Positions 8,478-13,507 of a DNA stretch of 13,507 nt are shown piece after piece (the first letter of the stretch is position 1; each line of letters begins with the position of its first letter). A model generated the notes under the pieces. The model saw only the letters and a program-made list of their open reading frames with translations, was not told the DNA's origin and ran no database searches. This DNA is from a virus. The position numbers were made by a program, and so were the translations under genes. The stretch lies in the UHGV virus genome UHGV-0166527. One strand, given 5' to 3'.

Positions 8478-8861
8478 CTAGAAGGGAATTGAATCGTCGT
8501 ATTCAGGATGATTTTGATGATTGCTACTTTGCTGCTGTTGGCTGTTTCCTGAAGTTGCAAATCCAATCTTTGCATTCAGTAATTCAAGATTGATTGATTG
8601 ACCATTTTGCCCCTGATAAACATCAACCCTGATGTTTTCTCCGGTAATTTCAACAATGCCACCTTCAACAAGAACACTACGGTAGTAATCCGCTTGCGCT
8701 CCCGGCTTGGCAAATACAACGGCGCTGTAGTTTGTCCATTCTTTCTTTTTTGTCTGGCGATCGTAATACTGAACGCCAGCACGGATGTTGAATCCGATAT
8801 TTTCCCCGGCCTGAAACTCTCTTGCGGGCTTGTTTAGTCTTACAGTAATCGAATGTGCCAT
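8478..8861 (-). CDS. ssb: Single-stranded DNA-binding protein, phage SSB-like (127 aa)
   Basis: OB-fold-like core and C-terminal acidic tail ending DDSIPF (compare E. coli SSB DDDIPF); ATG at 8859-8861 overlaps erf stop (TAATG). Confidence 0.75.
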   Translation of the reverse strand: MAHSITVRLNKPAREFQAGENIGFNIRAGVQYYDRQTKKKEWTNYSAVVFAKPGAQADYYRSVLVEGGIVEITGENIRVDVYQGQNGQSINLELLNAKIGFATSGNSQQQQSSNHQNHPEYDDSIPF

Positions 8862-9466
8862 TAAGCAGCCGCTCCTTCTAATTCGTCTCGTCTGATGTTG
8901 TAAACGTCCTGCGCTTTGTGCTGCTCCGGTGTGCCTTCGAGCATCTTCCACGCTTTGGCGAACGCCTGTTTAAGCTCTTCTACGGTGTTTTTCTGCATTG
9001 CTGCGTCAGTGAATGCTTTTAGAACCTGTTCAGGCGTAGGTGATGGTTTTGATTGCTTTGCTGCTGCGTTCTGCTGATGTTTATGCTCGTCTGTATCTGC
9101 ATCTTTCGCATCATCAATGCCGAACAAACCATTGAGGCAATACTTGCGTGCATAAGAGCTTGTGGCTCCCGTAACTTGTGCAGAATCCATTCCTTTCTTG
9201 CTTTCTTCCTCTCGTGCAAGAGCGGTTGCTGTATGACTGTTTTCGCCATCAGTAATAGTTGCCGTGGCTTTCACGTAATACCGATCACCAATCAACACAA
9301 CTTCATCGCTGATTGATAAAAACAGACCATTCAGTAACGGCTTAACGCCTTCAAGAATATCTTCGCAGCTTCTGTATTTATATTTACCGAATGAGTTGTA
9401 CTGATTTTTTGGCGCGTTCAGATTCTCCTGAATGGCTGCCAGTCTTGCGTAAAATTCTTTGCTCAT
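8861..9466 (-). CDS. erf: Single-strand annealing protein, ERF family (P22 Erf-like, 201 aa)
   Basis: MSKEFYARLAAIQENLNAPKNQYNSFGKYKYRSCEDILEGVKPLL... closely matches recalled P22 Erf; ATG at 9464-9466. Confidence 0.85.
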   Translation of the reverse strand: MSKEFYARLAAIQENLNAPKNQYNSFGKYKYRSCEDILEGVKPLLNGLFLSISDEVVLIGDRYYVKATATITDGENSHTATALAREEESKKGMDSAQVTGATSSYARKYCLNGLFGIDDAKDADTDEHKHQQNAAAKQSKPSPTPEQVLKAFTDAAMQKNTVEELKQAFAKAWKMLEGTPEQHKAQDVYNIRRDELEGAAA

Positions 9467-9555
9467 ATGTTTGTTCTCAGAATGGACATGGCCCAAGGAA
9501 ATAACGCTGATTTAATACTTCAGTCTTTGCCGCATTTAAAAATACGCGAACACCT

Positions 9556-9726
9556 TCACGATCTCCCTTCTGGCGATACATTAACGCCTGCTGCGTGTAC
9601 ATGCGTCTCTGTAACTTGCTCTCCTTCACTGTGGTTGCAAGTGACATGAATATCTCCTTCGTTACCGATTAAATCTTTCATCTGACGAATGAATTCTTCG
9701 TCTGACCAGTTATCTGTAAAACTCAT
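9556..9726 (-). CDS. Hypothetical small protein (56 aa) in the arf-like position between kil and erf
   Basis: ATG at 9724-9726 overlapping kil stop (ATGA); position analogous to P22 arf but sequence not recognised. Confidence 0.45.
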   Translation of the reverse strand: MSFTDNWSDEEFIRQMKDLIGNEGDIHVTCNHSEGEQVTETHVHAAGVNVSPEGRS

Positions 9727-9875
9727 TTCCTGCGATACCACGGAAGGTTGATAGCTGATTTCATCGCTTTATTTGCTTCAAGCCACATTTTTGAATCACC
9801 AATAAATCTGGCTATTACTGCTTTGTTCTGTGCAGCACGAAGCATCTGGTGATTAATGGCTATTTCATTGCGCAT
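9723..9875 (-). CDS. kil: Kil-like host division inhibitor (50 aa)
   Basis: Hand-translated MRNEIAINHQMLRAAQNKAVIARFIGDSKMWLEANKAMKSAINLPWYRRK; shares the FIGD.KM core with recalled lambda Kil; GGAGG SD upstream; absent from the ORF track (under 60 aa). Confidence 0.6.
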   Translation of the reverse strand: MRNEIAINHQMLRAAQNKAVIARFIGDSKMWLEANKAMKSAINLPWYRRK

Positions 9876-9994
9876 AACGCCTCCAGTTGTTTCTTTGCTG
9901 CTCTGATTAATTGTTTAACTCGGCGTGATAATTCAGATTCGTGCGGGTAGAAAGCGGACATGACGCCGCTACCCGCGAGCTGAAAGTGCATCAT
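9860..9994 (-). CDS. cIII: CIII-like protein (44 aa, FtsH-inhibitor family)
   Basis: MMHFQLAGSGVMSAFYPHESELSRRVKQLIRAAKKQL... resembles the lambda CIII amphipathic core (SESLLERITRKLRDGWKRL); AGGAG SD 6 nt upstream of ATG 9992-9994; overlaps kil start as in lambda. Confidence 0.55.
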   Translation of the reverse strand: MMHFQLAGSGVMSAFYPHESELSRRVKQLIRAAKKQLEALCAMK

Positions 9995-10056
9995 GGGTAA
10001 CTCCTTATATTTGATTGCATAACGAAAATGCCTCTCGTGAAGCATTATTGGTATGC

Positions 10057-10080
10057 GGTAAAGCCGCGCTTGGCGGCTTA
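10057..10080. repeat. Copy 1 of a 23-24 bp intergenic element GGTAAAGCCGCGCTTGGCGGCTTA (contains inverted repeat AAGCCGC/GCGGCTT) overlapping the stop of the 138-aa gene
   Basis: Near-identical to 10517..10540; palindromic core. Confidence 0.6.
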
Positions 10081-10494
10081 TTTGAAGATGTCTATGAAAT
10101 CAAGAACTGATGATATTTCGTGGTTGAACGATTTTCTTTTGTATCTTTCTATCGCAGAATCCACCTGGTGTTTATAGTCATCGTCGTTTGAGTATTTAAC
10201 GAAGCATTCTATTGTCTCAGGCGTTACAGCTATAAGGCTCCACCAACCTTCATCAGATTGATATTCAAATCCCATGCTTTCAAGCCATCCAGCATATTTC
10301 CCTCCAGCATCTTGCCAGTGTGTCTTTTCTGCAAGGAAGCTGTTAACCGTCATATGTGCATCAAGGCATTTATCCAACTGTTTACCATTAAGTAGCCATG
10401 CGCTGACAGTTGCACATCCCAAATCAACTGATTGAGTAGAGATATTGAATTGGTCGTAATTATCTGGATTAACCAGGATATCTGTAATTTCCAT
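10078..10494 (-). CDS. Hypothetical phage protein (138 aa)
   Basis: ATG at 10492-10494 preceded by GGAGGAATT; no recognised family. Confidence 0.6.
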   Translation of the reverse strand: MEITDILVNPDNYDQFNISTQSVDLGCATVSAWLLNGKQLDKCLDAHMTVNSFLAEKTHWQDAGGKYAGWLESMGFEYQSDEGWWSLIAVTPETIECFVKYSNDDDYKHQVDSAIERYKRKSFNHEISSVLDFIDIFK

Positions 10495-10516
10495 AATTCC
10501 TCCGTCATTGGCAGGT

Positions 10517-10540
10517 GTTAAAGCCGCGCTTGGCAGTTAC
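10517..10540. repeat. Copy 2 of the 23-24 bp intergenic element (GTTAAAGCCGCGCTTGGCAGTTAC) overlapping the stop of the 82-aa gene
   Basis: Near-identical to 10057..10080. Confidence 0.6.
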
Positions 10541-10785
10541 TCTATTTCTTCTTCGAATGATTTTATTAGTCGGTCAATAACATCATCTGTTTCAATATCA
10601 TTTCCGTCTGATTGCTTTAATACGTCTATTGATTCTACGGCGGTAAACTCCATCGCTGTGAGAAACTCGACAATTGCACACCCAACGACATATCGTTCTT
10701 CATCTGTACGACATGAGATAAAAGAGCATTTAATTGCTGTTATTACTTTTTGTTTAAGCTCTGCAGGGTAATCAGTTTTTATCAT
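10537..10785 (-). CDS. Hypothetical small acidic protein (82 aa)
   Basis: ATG at 10783-10785 preceded by GGAG 6 nt upstream; acidic C-terminus (DGNDIETDDVIDRLIKSFEEEIE). Confidence 0.6.
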   Translation of the reverse strand: MIKTDYPAELKQKVITAIKCSFISCRTDEERYVVGCAIVEFLTAMEFTAVESIDVLKQSDGNDIETDDVIDRLIKSFEEEIE

Positions 10786-10798
10786 CGTTTACTCCGTC

Positions 10799-10826
10799 AA
10801 AAAAACTGCCCTCACATTGGAGGGCA
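10799..10826 (-). terminator. Intrinsic terminator (minus strand): stem TGCCCTC / loop CAATGT / GAGGGCA followed by seven U
   Basis: 7-bp GC-rich stem; the minus-strand U-tract corresponds to + 10799-10805 (AAAAAAA); lies just upstream of the 82-aa gene RBS. Confidence 0.65.
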
Positions 10827-10942
10827 AAGAAGATTTCCAATAATCAGAACAAGTCGGCTCCTGTTTAGTTACGAGCGACATTGCTCCGTGTATTCACTCG
10901 TTGGAATGAATACACAGTGCAGTGTTTATTCTGTTGTTTATG

Positions 10943-10970
10943 CCAAAAATAAAGGCCGACTATGCGGCCT
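10943..10970 (-). terminator. Intrinsic terminator (minus strand): stem AGGCCG / loop CATAGT / CGGCCT followed by TTATTTTTGG; the loop contains the stop codon of the 207-aa gene
   Basis: 6-bp GC-rich stem plus U-rich tract read on the minus strand; tL1-like position after the N operon proximal genes. Confidence 0.6.
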
Positions 10971-11583
10971 CGGAAGGAAGTCCAATCATCTTATTCAAAT
11001 CTTCTACCCGTAAAGCAGGAAGTGCTGTACTTGCTTTGTCTGCTTCTTTTGGTAGCAATTCTTTGCTTTCAGGCCAAACTTCAATAAGTCGCTTAACTGT
11101 TGTGACTGAGTTCAAAGCAGCCCATACATTTGATTCGATATCCTTTTTCTTGGCTTCAAGTTTTTGTTGCAATGCGCAGATTTCATCAAACCTTTTTGTT
11201 ATTTCGTGTTCTGCGTCAAACATGCATTTATCTTTGGTCGGAGTAGGGAGCAATATATCTTCGCCGTTGCCGTCTTTCCCATATGAATGCCATCCAACCC
11301 TTCTGCCAGATACAGTCAGATAAATCGAAGTAGAACGAACATCGCATGAGTAAAATGAACATCCCATCTTTTCAATTTCTTCACTTATAGCTACTAACCT
11401 GGATGATAACTGATCCACTTCATCAGTTTTCTTTTTACCGCCAAACGCAACAACCCTGGCGTCAAGTGCAAGCTGGTTCTTTAACCTTGTTACTTCTTCA
11501 AGTTCAGTGAAAACCCCAGACTTAATTAAAGCGTTACGAGCGATTTTCTCTTTCATTCTCGTAGTTAAGCGGATTGATGACAT
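10960..11583 (-). CDS. Hypothetical protein (207 aa) immediately downstream of N, upstream of the first terminator
   Basis: ATG at 11581-11583 (MSSIRLTTRMKEKIARNAL...) preceded by GAGAGGAA; soluble, no recognised family; occupies the ral/sieB accessory slot. Confidence 0.65.
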   Translation of the reverse strand: MSSIRLTTRMKEKIARNALIKSGVFTELEEVTRLKNQLALDARVVAFGGKKKTDEVDQLSSRLVAISEEIEKMGCSFYSCDVRSTSIYLTVSGRRVGWHSYGKDGNGEDILLPTPTKDKCMFDAEHEITKRFDEICALQQKLEAKKKDIESNVWAALNSVTTVKRLIEVWPESKELLPKEADKASTALPALRVEDLNKMIGLPSEAA

Positions 11584-11594
11584 ATTAATTCCTC

Positions 11595-11921
11595 TCAAAT
11601 AAGTGGTTTGCTGCCTAATTTCATTTTCTGGCGACCAACACAAGTCACACCCATTTCACTGCGTGGCTTGCTGTACCATGTGCGCTGATTCTTGCGTTCA
11701 ATACGTTGCAGGTTGCTTTCAATCTGTTCGTGGTATTCAGCCAGCACCGTAAGGTCTATCGGATTCAGTGCGCTTTCTACTCGTGATTTCGGTTTGCGAT
11801 TCAGCGAGAGAATAGGGCGGTTAACTGGCTTTGCGCTTACCCCAACCAACAGGGGATTTGCTGCTTTCCATTGAGCCTGTTTCTCTGCGCGACGTTCGCG
11901 GCGGCGTGTTTGTGCATCCAT
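11595..11921 (-). CDS. N: Antitermination protein N (lambda-type, 108 aa)
   Basis: MDAQTRRRERRAEKQAQWKAANPLLVGVSAKPVNRPILSLNRKPKSRVESALNPIDLTVLAEYH... matches recalled lambda N including the arginine-rich motif; AGGAGA SD upstream of ATG 11919-11921. Confidence 0.9.
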   Translation of the reverse strand: MDAQTRRRERRAEKQAQWKAANPLLVGVSAKPVNRPILSLNRKPKSRVESALNPIDLTVLAEYHEQIESNLQRIERKNQRTWYSKPRSEMGVTCVGRQKMKLGSKPLI

Positions 11922-12078
11922 CTGGATTCTCCTGTCAGTTAGCTTTGGTTGTGTGTGGGAGTCGTAGTCCTGAACGAAAACACCCCGCAATGGCACATTG
12001 GCAGCTAATCCGGATTCGCACTTCCGGCCAATGCTTCGTTTCGTATCACACACACCAAAGCCTTCTGCTTTGAATGCT

Positions 12079-12109
12079 GCCCTTCTTCAGGGCTTAATTT
12101 TTAAGAGCC
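12079..12109 (-). promoter_or_regulatory. nutL site: boxA-like (GGCTCTTAA, + 12101-12109) and boxB hairpin (GCCCTGAAGAAGGGC, + 12079-12093)
   Basis: boxB is identical to recalled lambda nutL boxB when read on the minus strand; boxA differs from CGCTCTTAA by one base. Confidence 0.75.
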
Positions 12110-12154
12110 TCACCTTCAATGGTGGTCAGTGCGTCCTGCTGATGGCTTAAAATT

Positions 12155-12222
12155 ACAAGAAAGATTGTATGTTGTAAACAAGAAATATTGTAAAAATGGG
12201 CGTAAAAAACAAAATCCATTGT
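12155..12222 (-). promoter_or_regulatory. OL operators (three 14-bp 434-type sites ACAA-N6-TTGT at 12155-12168, 12178-12191, 12209-12222) overlapping the pL promoter
   Basis: ACAAGAAAGATTGT, ACAAGAAATATTGT, ACAAAATCCATTGT; minus strand shows -35-like TTTACA and -10-like TAATTT with 17-nt spacing. Confidence 0.7.
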
Positions 12223-12272
12223 TTTTAAACGGAAAATAGTTTGTTTTTTGGTTATCGAGATTGAGGTGGGGA

Positions 12273-13507
<1,235 letters not shown>

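Noticed and set aside
9019-9316. Overlapping ORFs within erf (76 aa minus strand, 87 aa plus strand)
   Set aside because: Alternative-frame or antisense shadows of the well-supported erf gene
10922-11323. 133-aa + strand ORF
   Set aside because: Antisense to the 207-aa minus-strand gene, opposite to the operon direction; no promoter or RBS evident
12229-12244. Possible fourth OL operator (ACGGAAAATAGTTTGT)
   Set aside because: Does not fit the 14-bp ACAA-N6-TTGT spacing of the three clear operators

Overview
Nearly the whole window is the left arm of a lambdoid prophage inserted immediately upstream of the host torS gene (hybrid sensor kinase, minus strand, 50..2794). All prophage genes but cro run on the minus strand, from the immunity region at the right edge down to int at the left: partial cro (434-type, + strand) / OR operators / cI (434-type) / a cI-coupled secreted protein in the rex slot / OL-pL / nutL / N (lambda-type) / a 207-aa unknown protein / two tandem intrinsic terminators / 82-aa and 138-aa unknown proteins / cIII-like / kil-like / Erf (P22-type annealing protein) / SSB-like / a run of small unknown genes / a 405-aa protein with an internal repeat / a cassette of four small genes joined by a repeated junction motif / xis and int (lambda-type) / putative attL. 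The phage is a mosaic of lambda, 434 and P22 modules. The most interesting candidates for an undescribed function are the secreted protein coupled to cI (12273..12677), the 207-aa protein co-transcribed with N ahead of the first terminators (10960..11583), and the small-gene cassette at 4769..5652. All coordinates were derived by hand from the sequence and ORF track; the ORF track calls GTG and TTG starts as M, so several starts were re-assigned to ATG/GTG codons with Shine-Dalgarno sequences. No similarity search was run; protein identifications rest on my recollection of reference sequences.
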